This document shows, piece after piece, positions 29,819 through 42,876 of a stretch of 64,000 nucleotides of DNA (positions are counted from its first letter, which is position 1; every line of letters begins with the position of its first letter). Origin of the DNA: Octopus sinensis. Lineage: Eukaryota. Position numbers and translations under genes: made by a program. Location of the stretch: NCBI RefSeq assembly GCF_006345805.1, contig NC_043012.1, positions 17,298,001 to 17,362,000 on the forward strand, in the 5' to 3' direction. Below the pieces are notes generated by a model. It did no database searches and had not been told where the DNA came from. It saw nothing but the letters and a program-made list of their open reading frames with translations.

Positions 29819-30622
29819 TTCTTGTTCATTATAACAGGACATTAACAAGATTGTATCCTGGATTAATCGCCATCCCCACACCAGGGATATTAAAGGATAG
29901 GTAATCAACCGCAATTCTCCACTTAATCTATATATTGCTGCATGTATCTCTACATTCCTCCCCTAATTAGGGGGCATTTCCAAAATCCAGAACTTCTGGA
30001 TACTTGTTAATGACCATATCGCTTAAGTTAGCAAGTTTTGCGTAGATAATCTAGATTTCGACTTAGAGCCATTCTATACAAAAGTACAAACCCACAAATT
30101 CTTTACCCTTGTCCATCTTGTAATTGTTGAATGGGATGAACAGCGAACTGTTGAAAAACCTGCCTTTGGTAGACTGAAGCCTATAGGGATATCCCTAAAA
30201 ACCTGCTGATGGGATTATAAGTAATATAACAACCAGTGATTTTAAGGAAAGTGTCATACAACATATTCGCGCTTTCAGGTGCAGATATGTGGAAAACTCC
30301 ATTTCCATGTTCCCTTCACCAGGTAAATCCTGGGCCGAGAAATGAAGCATGAAACATCATTGATAGGGCTCCTAACAATTACTCGCTGAAAGTAAAAATT
30401 ATCGATTCTTTTACTGTAAGAAACTGCATGTACTACTATAACCTGCAGTGCCTAAAAGCAAAAGGAAAAAAAATTATCTATAATATTGTTCCAAAAAAGG
30501 TAAGGCTTGTTATTAAACTACAAGCCATTTGGTAATGATACCCCATATAAACAACTATACACAGCTACATTATTTACATTATTTACATTTGATGGATATT
30601 TGTCCTAATCTTGTTTGTTGTT

Positions 30623-30668
30623 AACACAACTTTTCTGCTGATATACCCTCCAGCCTTCTTCAGGTGTC
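30623..30668 (-). ncRNA. Minimal type-I hammerhead-like motif in SINE (this copy mutated at C11.1 and C15.2)
   Basis: GACAC CUGAAGA A GGCUG-loop-CAGCA GAAAA GUU GUGUU. Confidence 0.65.
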
Positions 30669-30715
30669 TTGGGGGAATTTCGAACCTGGGTTATCATTTC
30701 TAAGGTATTTTTCGA

Positions 30716-30802
<87 letters not shown>

Positions 30803-30804
<2 letters not shown>

Positions 30805-31024
30805 GTTTGACTTTTGCTTTATATTTGTACGAGTTGGCTCCAAGTCTCACCCAGAGACCTCAAGAGACAACAGGGTTGGAAGTTCATGTTGTTGTTGTGC
30901 CTAGTGTGCCATATATTTGGGGGGTGGTGGTGTTGTACTAATGAATGTCTAAAAAAAAGTTGTTTTTTTTTAAACCGAAAATTCTGTTTGTTTTAAACCT
31001 TGAGATTACATAGAAAGTATTTTG
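30803..31024 (-). mobile_element. 3' end of a non-LTR retrotransposon inserted in (TAA)n, probably R4/Dong-like
   Basis: Flanked by (TAA)n on both sides. It begins with ORF-terminal codons aaa ata ctt tct atg taa (KILSM*), followed by about 200 nt of UTR-like sequence. Confidence 0.5.
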
Positions 31025-31040
31025 ATTATTATTATTATTA

Positions 31041-31111
<71 letters not shown>

Positions 31112-31193
31112 ATAATTATTATTATTATTATTCCGAACTCGGAATCTTGGGGTTAGTAGCCAGCGCTCTTAACCACTACGCTATATGCCCAAT

Positions 31194-31290
31194 ATTCTGA
31201 GTTCGATTTCAGTCAATGACCTGAATGATGATGATGATGATGATGATGATGATAATAATAATAATAACATCGAAAATACCTTAGGAATGA
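31194..31290 (+). mobile_element. Inverted partial copy of the same SINE, head-to-head with 30567-31190
   Basis: attctgagttcgattt...gacctgaa(tga)n(taa)n catcgaaaataccttaggaatga. Confidence 0.8.
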
Positions 31291-33139
31291 CTCACTATTT
31301 AACAACCTGATCTCGAAAGGTAAAGCAACTTCCAAGTAAAGTAACTAAAGTACTGATATATAACATGGCACGATGTGCTCAATTATCTTGTCACGAGGGA
31401 CAGAAATCATTTATATATTCCATTTCTTTCCACGGTCACCTGATGTCACTATATTCTCGAAATTGGGAAGCAGGTTTGTAAGCCGCCTGATTTCGCTGGA
31501 ATGTTCTCCTCGCCACAACATAGAACAATAAATAGAACTATGTGTAATCATCCTTTTGCTAACATATCCGCGTAGCCTGAACTGACCACCTTCCTCCAAA
31601 TATTCTCTCTGAGAACCTATTTGAGTTTTTCTTCGCCCTGACCGTAAATATCTGATGAATTAACCAGTTCTCTAGGTCTACGAAATTTGAGTACTATGGA
31701 GCTTAGTCAACCTGCTTATTAATATTTGAAGTCCTCCATGAGTTGAATTCTGCTCTCTTCCCCGATATATACGTACATACGCATATATATAGACACATAC
31801 ATATGTACTTACACACACACACACACACACACACACAGATTTGGAACAATGGAACACGAAGCACAAAGAGCTATAAATAATAGCATGTAAATAGTGGGTT
31901 GAAAAAAATCCCTTTTGATCAGAAATCCCCCCACAAAGACTGCCAATGGGACACGAGTCTACATCTCCTGTGGCCTTGACAGGCGTTCTAACATTGGATC
32001 AAAAACCGTCCCTTGATGATCTTCATCTATTTTAGAATTTGTGTTCTTACCAATGAGAATTATATGTTCTTGATGTCATAAGACGTGATCCAGTCTTCCA
32101 AAAAGAATTGTTCACGTTCTCACGAGAGTTTGTAAAAAAATACATACATACATACATACATACATACATACATACATACATACATACATACATGCATATA
32201 GTATGTATTGATTTACTGAATATCGTTCGTAGAATTATTGTAATAAGCTGAAACTGGTTGCAGAAAGAAATAAGAACATAATACTATAGGTTAGGGGCTG
32301 CCAACGAGAAAGGAATACAATTTCCTTAAATCAAAATTAGTTAAATACCTTAAATTGTCATAACAGATATCATGATCTCTTTGGAGCTTGTCAGTTAAGC
32401 ATAGATTATACAAATTCGCTTGATCGGTAAAAATAATATGGTATGTAGAGAAAAACAAGGCTTCGATTGACGTTTAACGAGCTGTAATTTGCATAATGAA
32501 CAATATTGGACTTAAGGAAATAATTCAACAAAGACCAAAATAAATAAAATATATATGGATATGCGGAAGGACCTACTCAGAAGATTTCTAATGAATAAGA
32601 TTTGTTCTTTCTAGTTGGAGAACGAAAACTAAACCTTGCAGCATTCGTTAGTGTTCCACTGAAGAAAAGGGAGATAATGCCAAAAAATTTGAATTAATGA
32701 AAGCAAAATAAAAAATTAAGCGCCTTGCTTGAGGGACGTTAACAAATGTCAGAATTCCCTTTAAGCATGTGACTTAACGATTTTTTTAAACAATTCTTAA
32801 TTTAGTGAAATTATCTTCTCTTTTCTTTGTGAGTCACTAACGAATGCTGCTAGCTTTATGTTTTCTCTGTTGAACTAAGAACAAAACTTCAACTCATTAG
32901 GGATGTTTTTGCATACGTCATTCGCCGCATCCATGGAAACTGCATTTATGTTAATTCATGACATTGGTTTATTTGAGTTATTTCCCTTAGCTAAATTAAT
33001 ATTTTTTAATTTTATTGTGTATGAGTGCATTTAAATATATATAGGTATATGCATTCACACACACATATACACACATACATATATCATATTGGAAAGTCGA
33101 ATATTACGACACACACACAAGCATTCACAAACACCTCCC

Positions 33140-33176
<37 letters not shown>

Positions 33177-34114
33177 CTTATATACAAACGCGCATGCATA
33201 CACATACGTATACACATGTACGTGCGTGTGTGTATATATGAATATATATGTGTGTATGCAAGTAAATGATTTTTTTCTAATTCTTATTTTCGTTTGTTAA
33301 TAGAATAAACTTACTTGCATGAAAACCTTTATAGATAAGGATGTATGAAAAGAAAAAAAGAAAGAAAAAACTTTCGAATCCTGCAAAACATAAGTATATA
33401 AAAATATGTAACTAATAAGTAAAAAAAATATAAGCAAAAGAGAATGAAATGAAAAAAGAAAAAACACAAGAAATATTTCGAAAATATCTATACGTCAATG
33501 AAGAGAGAGTAAATAAAAATGCAGTTACGTACAATATAGAGAATCTTGTTGAATTCTTCTATGCACCAAGAACAACAACAACGACAACAACAACTCGAGT
33601 AAAGAAAACAAGCTTCTGGAATTAAAAGAATGTTAGATGTCAATATATTTCATTTTCTTTTGCAGATATCTGCAAAAAAGATATCGAAGTTAAAATATGT
33701 ACAGATATTCCTACATATGTGTCAATTCTTGTATCCCGCTATTTCCCGCCATCCTCTCCTGTTTTTTTTCATTTTCTATCTATTTTCTTTTCTCTATTTT
33801 TTCTCTCTGTCAATCTGTCTGTCTCTCTCTATCAATCTACCTTCCTCACACTCACCATCTTTCTCAGTGTAAATGCGAGTATGCATGCGAGTGAAACGTG
33901 CATGCATTTGCATACATGCATGCCTTCATTCCTACCTACCTATCTACCTACCTACCTACTTACCTACCTACCTACATACATACATACATACATAGACATA
34001 CATAGATAATAACTAAGTACATTTTACTGCACATGAATATAGGCAAAAACATCTATGCTAATACGCTTATACATGCATATATATATACATTATATATATA
34101 TGCATATATATATA

Positions 34115-34147
<33 letters not shown>

Positions 34148-34285
34148 CTATAATATATATATATATACATATAATGTACATATATATATGTATATATGCG
34201 TATATACTATATATATAGTTGAAATATATATGAATACTTATATATATATATTACATATATCTATATATATATATATATATATATC

Positions 34286-34320
<35 letters not shown>

Positions 34321-34394
34321 TATATATATTATATATATATTAATATATATACATTCTATATATATATATATAAATATACATATATATATTACTG

Positions 34395-34443
<49 letters not shown>

Positions 34444-34632
34444 CATACAGACATATACAAGCACACAGATGTATAAGAATATATATCCATATTTGAACGC
34501 ACACACACTCTTACATGTGTATAAAAATAGACACACACAAGACTCACTCAATTTTTAACGAAAAACCGGGAAACTAACTACATTGACATTTTCAAATATT
34601 CCATTGACAGCCAATAAAGAAACAAGGAAGCA

Positions 34633-34634
34633 TG

Positions 34635-34696
<62 letters not shown>

Positions 34697-34808
34697 CATT
34701 ATTAATATTGCCATTATTATTATTATTATATATTATTATATTTTATTATTATTATTATATTATTATTATTATTATTATAATTTTTATTATTATTATTTTT
34801 ATTATTGT

Positions 34809-34865
<57 letters not shown>

Positions 34866-34904
34866 TATTATTATAATTTTTATTATTATTTTTTTATTAT
34901 TGTT

Positions 34905-34965
<61 letters not shown>
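34633..34965. repeat. Long (TAT)n microsatellite
   Basis: Direct reading. Confidence 0.97.
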
Positions 34966-35340
34966 CGTTGTGTTGTTGTTGATGTTGTTTTTGCTATTAG
35001 TTTTATTACATTTGTTATTTTTGTTCACTTTGTTTTCTTAATCTAGCATTTCAACAGGCATTATCTTACACATTACTGAATTTATTTCGCGTTTTTTGAG
35101 CTTAATATATACCGCACGTGTTCCAGGTTCCAAATAACACCCTCATAGATTTATCTACATACCTATATACACATTTGCATACATGCATGCGTGTATATAT
35201 ATGTATATATATATATATAAATGTATGTATTTATGCGTATGTTGTATGTATATATACATATATATGTACGCGCACACACACACTCCCTCACACATTAATA
35301 TATATATATAGCATATATATGTACATATGTACATGCACAC

Positions 35341-35407
<67 letters not shown>

Positions 35408-35694
35408 TATATATGTACACATACATGCACTCATGCAAACATACAAATGCGTATGGAAAGAGAGAGAGAGAGGAGGGAGAAAGAGAGAGAATGAAAGAGC
35501 GAAACATGGCTAAGGCAAAACATAGATATGCACATATATACATTCGTGCCTACATATATATATGTATATATATATATATATATTATATATATATATATAT
35601 ACATATATATACATATACCTGTATATATACGTAATATAAATTATATATATATATATATATGTGATTACTCTACCTATCCATCTATCGACATACA

Positions 35695-35767
<73 letters not shown>

Positions 35768-36372
35768 GTGTACACACACTTCATTTATATGGTGATACAT
35801 AAGTGCACCTAAAACGAATAGGCTCTTGAAAATTATGTATTAAACAATGACTAAAATGAATGCTAAATACATTCTTCCGTATTTATTTCAATGTATAGTG
35901 TAATTTAATAGCTAAGTATCTCCTCGGTTTAGCTCTACTTGTGTAATCATTCTGTTATTGTTTAACAGTTGGTTTATGGAAATTCTCCTAATTGCTTTGT
36001 AGAAGCGAAAGAAAATTATTATAATTGCGATATAATAATTTTTGTAATTGATGCCTAAATGTACCTACACGCGCATACACATGCACACACGAACACACAC
36101 AGAGACACACACACATACATACCATACATACACACAGACACACATACGCATACATACCATACACACACACAGACACACATATTCACACGCGAGCGAGCAT
36201 GCACACTCACAAATACACATGCGCGCACACACACACAGGTAACATTCGTTGCAGATATACAGAGTGCATTTAACTATTTCTCGGTATATTGAATATATAA
36301 CGAACAACGTTAAACGATTTTCGAAACCTATTGGTTTCACATCTGACGTGTCTTCATCATTGCGACCAGTCC

Positions 36373-37105
36373 CTGAGAAATAAACAACAAGTCTGTTTAT
36401 ATACTCAACAAATCTAGTAGATTTCTGTATATGGGCATGAAAATCTGGTTAAAAATCTTGCTTTAGAACCACGTAACTGAGAAATAATCAACCAGTCTTT
36501 ATACATACTCAACAAACCCAGAAAATGTATGTATTTAGGCAAGACAAAATGGTTAAAATTCTATCTTTAGAACGACGTACTCTATGGTATAACAATCAAT
36601 GCTTGTGATACCTTTTACCGTAAGCAAATAATTTCTTTTCCATGGTAACATGCAGTAAAACTGCGTTTAGAAATCAAAATATGTCACATATTTTAACTAA
36701 CCTAAAGCTTGTTTATTTCTTATCCCAGATTAGCGCTGATATTATTATATTTGTTCTGGCCTGGTCGTCGACCGGCGCAAGTTAGTCAATATTCAAAGTT
36801 ACATTGTGAAGCTACGGTTTTCTAATCGTTTCTCGGTTGTGTTTCTTTGGTGTCTCCCTCTTTGGGAAGCTAAAGAATCCGAGAAGGCGCCACGAAGCTA
36901 CGGTTTTCTAATCGTTTCACGGTTGTCTTTCTTCAGTATCTCCTTTTGTGGAAAGGTAAGAAATCTGAGAGGGCGCTACTAAGCTAAAATCTTTGTCTTC
37001 ACATCTTTTACCATTACTGAGAAATCTTTTCTCCGCGACAAACTGCAGTAAAATTACATTTAGAAGATGAAATATGTCACAAACATTTTTGAACTAACAT
37101 TAAGA
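36373..37105. repeat. Cluster of diverged direct repeats (104-bp x2, 86-bp x2, about 55-bp pair)
   Basis: Units start at 36373/36477 and 36808/36894; tgcagtaaaa...aaatatgtcaca occurs at 36651 and 37044. Confidence 0.75.
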
Positions 37106-37138
37106 TCACATGCATACATATATACATACATACATACA

Positions 37139-37169
<31 letters not shown>

Positions 37170-37186
37170 CTACATATGTATGTATG

Positions 37187-37253
<67 letters not shown>

Positions 37254-38018
37254 TTATACGTTTGTGGTATATTACGTGTATATACATATACGTATAAACA
37301 TATATATGCCTAAATGTACATATATGTATATATATATACATAAATATAACAAATAGTGAGAAATTATCAATCCGGGCAAAATACTCCATAATCTCTCTGT
37401 TGACTCACCAGGCTAATAATATTTCTTAGATTAGTGAAGAAATTCAAGTCATCGTTTGTTAGGGTTCAAAATTATGGTTCATCACAATTCTATATTGTAA
37501 ATCCGCGGATGGGCTTCAGATAAGCTGGTTTTTAAAGAGCGATATATAAGAAACAAGGTTAAAATAATGGTCGTGGATATGAGAACAATGAGGTGACACC
37601 GAAAGAACTCCCTCCCCCCAATTATTATGTAATGAACTTCATTATGTAACATATCTGGACATATCTTTCCATTGGCATCAACATTAACTTTGTCACTCCA
37701 AACGCTTGCATGTTCTGAAAATGTAATTTCCCCAAATTATGTGCGTTTCATATTCGAGGCACTGATGAAGGTTTTGGAGCTTTTGCTCCTAACAAAGAAA
37801 GCTGATGCGTAGAAGACAGACATTCTCCAAATACGAGAATAAAAAGACGACAAGAATTTGCAAATACAGCCGGAATTCGTTTTAATCCTTTACATTGCAT
37901 GCAAATTACAGTATTTTTATAGAAAGAGATAAAGGCAGTTTCTGTGCGTTCGTAGTCATATACATAAGAGGTGGTCATGTTTCACCGTTTCATCACTTGG
38001 AATCGTAGCAGGAAGATA

Positions 38019-39309
38019 CGAGGGACGTTCAATAAGTAATGCCTCTGACCCACTTGCAATTGTTTGATCTAGCTGACATTTTGCATGTGCAATCATTTAT
38101 ATCTCTATAGAGTAAGTGGCAAATTACAGCTCTGAATTAATTGTGGTTTCAGATTTACAGGTGTTTGAACCGAGTCAAGTGTGAAATGGAGCCTGTTGAG
38201 TGTCGAGCAGTGATCCGGTTTTTGTATTTGAAAGGACGCACACCACGGGAGACTTTTGATGAAATGAAAGTAACTTATGCTGATGATGCCTCATCATATG
38301 ACCTTGTAAAAAGTTGGCATCGTGAATTCAAACATGGTCGGAACTCTGTGGAAACAGCTCCCAGATCTGGTCGCCCACTTCTGCCATTGATGAGGCACCT
38401 GTCCGTCAAGTTGAGGCTGCCATTTTGGAAGATCGACGCATAATTATTCGCGAAATAGCCCATGAGGTCAAGATTAGTACCGGGTCTGTGGAAACTATCA
38501 TTCATGACCATTTGCATATGCAAAAGGTGTCTGCCAGATGGATTCCCAGGTTGCTCACATCTTTCCAGAAGCAAGAACGCGTCGATTGCTCGAGGGTGAA
38601 TTTGGAGATGTGCCAAGAAGATGAGTCAAATTTTTTCAAAAGACTGATTACACAGGATGAAACCTGGGTCCATCACGATGATCCAGAGACCAAAGCCCAG
38701 TCAATGCAGTGGAAGCACCGTGACTCACCCCCTCCAAAGAAGGCAAGGGTGCAGCCCTCCGCTGGCAAGGTCATGCTCACAGTCTTCTGGGACCAGGACG
38801 GAGTAGTGATGACAGATTTCCTGGCAAAGGGTACCACAATTGCAGGAGCCTATTATGCTTCACTTTTGAGGAAATTAAGAGAACTTATCAAAATCAAGAG
38901 GCGGGGCAAGATCAGCAAAGGCATCCTCCTCCTGCAGGACAACGCTCCAGTCCACAACTCGCTTGTCGCCAGATCAGAAGCACAGGCGTATGGCTATGAA
39001 CTCCTCCCCATCCCCCCTACTTTCCTGACCTTGCACCCTCTGATTTTCACCTCTTCCCAATCATGAAGTTGTTTTTGAAAGGAAAGCGTTTCCCAGATGA
39101 TGCAACCTTGATTTCTGAAGTCACGTTGAAGTTGGAGGACCAAGCTGGGTTCTTCTACAAAAACGGTCTCCAGAGCCGCATCAAACGATGGGAGAAATGC
39201 GTAACTCTGGGTGGTTCCTATGTAGAAAAAGACTAATAACTGTGCCAAGTTTCGTTGCTCTACTGCTATGGGAAGTGGGTCAGGGGCATTACTTATTGAA
39301 CGCCCCTCG
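38019..39309 (+). mobile_element. Full-length (1291 bp) mariner transposon, DD34D
   Basis: 37-bp TIRs with 2 mismatches (cgagggacgttcaataagtaatgcctctgacccactt), TA target duplication at 38017-18 and 39310-11. Confidence 0.97.
38186..39236 (+). pseudogene. Mariner transposase with two frameshifts (about 38385 and about 39010)
   Basis: MEPVECRAVIRFL...WIPRLL...ITQDETW...LLQDNAP...HPPYFPDLAPSDFHLF...YVEKD*. There are 34 residues between the second and third Asp. Confidence 0.95.
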
Positions 39310-39855
39310 TAATACGTCTAATCGCTTCGGTTGCGCCGTCCAAAAGCTATAGATTTAATTCTCCCACAATGCATCACCACGACGTGCGGCATCCAGTGAC
39401 CAATGGATGAGACATCTAGTTTTAAGGGCGATAACTGTCTACAAAGGTATAGGATGTTACCCAGGGTCTCAACGAAGAATCCACTACATCTTATAGCAGA
39501 AATAATTGTAAGCTAATAAAATTCAGAATATGACGTTTGTTTTTTTCCAGGTGTCATCTCTTTGTTCTTTCTTATTACTACTCAATACTCATCTAACATT
39601 CTATTTTGGACCATATGTGTATTGAGTTCTACACCTGTTTATTAGTCTCGCTATGGCTAAGCGAAATAATCCTTTCTACTTCAGGTTCACAGCCTGAAAG
39701 TTTGGGGCAAGGGGCCGGACGATCACATCGACCACAGTACTCAACTGGTACTTAATTTATCGACCCCGATAGGATGAAGGGCAAGTTGACCTCGGCGTGC
39801 TAACGATTCTGCCAGCTCGCCGCCTTCCTAAGCGAAATTACACACACACACACAC

Positions 39856-39894
<39 letters not shown>

Positions 39895-40052
39895 TAGGGA
39901 AAAGTAAGAAAGTAAATAAGCGAAAATGCACATTGAAAATAAAAAAATTAAAGGCTTTTTATGAAAAGTAACGAAATATATATACAATTAGATGAACTGA
40001 GGTAGGAATAAAAGTAATAAAAGTCATTATTGTGAGTTGTTAAAGAGATTTA

Positions 40053-40091
40053 AAAGCATACCGGTTTCGTAAATTTACTAATCATTGCTTT
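40053..40091 (-). ncRNA. Intact-looking minimal type-I hammerhead ribozyme, A3-U8 core variant
   Basis: AAAGCA AUGAUUA GUAA-AU-UUAC GAAAC CG GUA UGCUUU: 6-bp stem I, stem II, palindromic stem III ACCGGU, GUA site. It lies about 185 nt downstream of a PLE endonuclease on the same strand. Confidence 0.75.
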
Positions 40092-40274
40092 GAATTCACA
40101 TCGGTTAATGAACGGTGTCAGGTCTACTAGTCCCTGAGTAAAAACATCATGTGTAAGGGAGGCAAGTAGTTCTGGATTTGGTGCAATTAGGGTAGATATA
40201 GATTTGTAATGTGAATGGTGTATGGGATGTATAAGTGTTAGTGGTATTAATTGGAAGATTAATAATTTTCTGTA

Positions 40275-40555
40275 TTATGTTATGTGTTCATATTCAGTTG
40301 CCTCTTTATTCATTCTTTGTGAGGTGTTCTGTGAACATTGATAGAATGGGAAAATTAGGAAATTAGGATTAAGATTCCTAGCACACCTTTCTATGTGTTC
40401 ACTAACCTGTATCTGTCTGTATTGTGGGTGGCGGATTTGTTCTTTGTGGAGAGTGGTTCTTCGACGGAGAGATAATCCTGTTTGGCTAATATAATTATTA
40501 CCACACACTAAGCATGTAATGCCATAGATTAGATTTTCCGAGACACAGGTAAAAT
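40275..40555 (-). mobile_element. Penelope-like GIY-YIG endonuclease fragment
   Basis: FTCVSENLIYGITCLVCGNNYISQTGLSLRRRTTLHKEQIRHPQYRQIQVSEHIERC...FPFYQC. Confidence 0.88.
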
Positions 40556-40924
40556 TTTATTTTATCTTATATATTTTACCTTGTTAAATGTGGAATTATG
40601 CACATCCGTCTGTGTGTATATATACATACATACATACATAAATATACACATATACATAGGTGCATACATGCATATGTACGTACGAGTGTTTCTTTGTGCA
40701 CGCTTGTCCCCCCAACTCACAGTCACTTGACACTCGCTAATGGTTGTTTGTGCTCCCGTAAATTCTTGGTTCAATTAAACGAATAGAATGAGTACCAAAC
40801 TTCAAAAATAAGTAATGGAGTCGATCTGATCAACTTATCCGTTGAAGGCCGAGCCCCAGGATGGCCGCATTCCAGAAGCTGAACCTGCGGATGCAAAAAG
40901 ATGAATTTTACGTGCTTTAGTCTA

Positions 40925-41622
40925 CTTAGACAGGCAGACAGACAGACAGAGAGACAGGTAGATAGACACATATAGATAGTTATAGATAGATATAGATATA
41001 TACAGATAGATATAGATAAAGATATAGATAGATGGATAGATAGACAGATATAGACAGATATACGTAGATAGACATAGGTAGATACAGATAGATATAGATA
41101 GCTAGCTAGCTAGATAGATAGATAGGTAGACATAGGTAGATACTGATAGATATAGATAGATATACATATATAGATATAGGTAGATACAGATATATATAGA
41201 TAAACAGATATACATAGATATACATAGGTAGATACAGATAAATATAGATAGATATAGATATAGGTAGAAATATATATATATACATAGATAGATATAGATA
41301 TAGATATAGATAGATAGACACAGATAGATACAGATAGATATAGATAGATAGATATGGCTAGATAGACATAGGTAGATATAGATATAGATATATATAGATA
41401 GATAGATATAGGTAGATAGATATAGGTAGATAGATGTAGGTAGATAGATAGAGATAGACAAATAGATAGAGAAACATAGATAGATATAGGTAGCTGGATA
41501 AGGTAGATAGATATAGATATATATATATAGATAAATATAGAAAGATTGATATAGATAGATAGATATAGATGGATATATGTAGATAGATAGATATAGATAG
41601 AGAGACAGATAGAGAGATAGAT

Positions 41623-41715
<93 letters not shown>

Positions 41716-41960
41716 TAGGTAATTAGATATAGATAGATAATAGATAAATAAAAATAGATAGCTAGATATACATAGATTGATAGATAAATAAATATAGATA
41801 GATAGATAGATAAATAAATATAGATACAGATTGATAGATAAATAAATATAGATAGATAGACAGATTGATAGATAGGTAAATAGATGTAGACAGATAATGA
41901 AAGAGAGAGAGAAAGAGAGAAATGGGGAGATAGATAGAGAGATAGATGGATCGATAGTTA
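40925..41960. repeat. About 1-kb degenerate (GATA)n-derived array
   Basis: Direct reading. It explains the 308-aa low-complexity ORF. Confidence 0.95.
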
Positions 41961-42404
41961 TAGATAGGTAGATAGATAATATATTAAAGCATACAAAATT
42001 GCAAGCAGTCAGGCAGTACATTACAAGACGTTGCAAAAGTTGTTTAGCGATAGTGGAGAAGAGTATTCTATACAGGAATAAGGATGAATAAATATTATTA
42101 TGATTAAGTTAGGCTACGTAGAAGAGATTGCCTGGATGAAAATTAGCCCGTTGTAGTGAGCCTCAAGGATAAGATTAGCTTATGGGATTAGCTTACCGGC
42201 GTGAATTATTGAGATAAATTTTGTGAGCAAAAAAATGCGTTTTATGAGCCATCAAATACGGTAACAGACTATCTCAGCTCAATGTTATTTGGACGTAGAA
42301 CGAAGGAAATGCGCAATTCGTCAGATATTAATCTTTTACCAACCTGCTAAGTTACAGACACGCACGCTCGTGTATATAATATCTCGCTCAGAGATTTAAT
42401 ATAG

Positions 42405-42446
<42 letters not shown>

Positions 42447-42534
42447 ATATATATATATATATATATAATATATATATATATGTGTGTATATGTATATATA
42501 AAATATATATATATATATGTGTGTGTATGCCCAC

Positions 42535-42794
42535 GAGCATATGGCGTAGTGGTTAAGAGCGCGGGCTACTAACCCCTAGTTTCCAATTTCGATTAATAAT
42601 AATAATAATAACAACAACAACATCGAAAAATACCTTAGGAATGAGTACCCAGGTTTGAGATTTCCCCAAGACACCGGATGAAGTCTGGCGGGTATATCAG
42701 TCAAAACGTTGTGTTAACAACAAACAAGAGGAGGACAAATATCGTCAAATGTAAATAATGTACATAATTCCTCATCTCTTAAATATAGAATTGT
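42535..42794 (+). mobile_element. Hammerhead-bearing tRNA-derived SINE
   Basis: A box tggcgtagtggtt, (aat)n linker, catcgaaaaataccttaggaatga, hammerhead-like fold, tail atgtaaataatgtacataattcctcatctcttaaatatagaa. Confidence 0.88.
42670..42715 (+). ncRNA. Minimal hammerhead-like motif in SINE (this copy mutated at U4, G12 and in stem II)
   Basis: GACAC CGGAUGA A GUCUG-loop-CAGUC AAAAC GUU GUGUU. Its mutations are complementary to those of the 30623-30668 copy. Confidence 0.6.
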
Positions 42795-42876
42795 ATATAT
42801 AATTGTTAAAGAGGACAGCAAAATTTAAGGCAAGTCAAACATCTCAAATGTGTTGCCCTCTTTAACAATTATATAT
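42795..42876. repeat. 82-bp mini element with 25-bp terminal inverted repeats
   Basis: atatataattgttaaagaggacagc versus gttgccctctttaacaattatatat. Confidence 0.6.

Larger units (their letters stand above)
30567..31190 (-). mobile_element. Hammerhead-bearing tRNA-derived SINE, split by an insertion in its internal (TAA)n
   Basis: Head gggcatatagcgtagtggttaagagcg...ccgagttcg (31190-31133) and body 30720-30567 match 42535-42794. Confidence 0.88.

Noticed and set aside
36373-36986. Repeat units resembling a CRISPR array
   Set aside because: Only two diverged contiguous copies each, no unique spacers, and a eukaryotic context.
37470-37980. Long open frames on both strands next to the mariner
   Set aside because: No consistent splice structure or recognisable motif. 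Unresolved without a database search.
38275-39248. Minus-strand ORFs of 113 and 84 aa
   Set aside because: Antisense to the mariner transposase.
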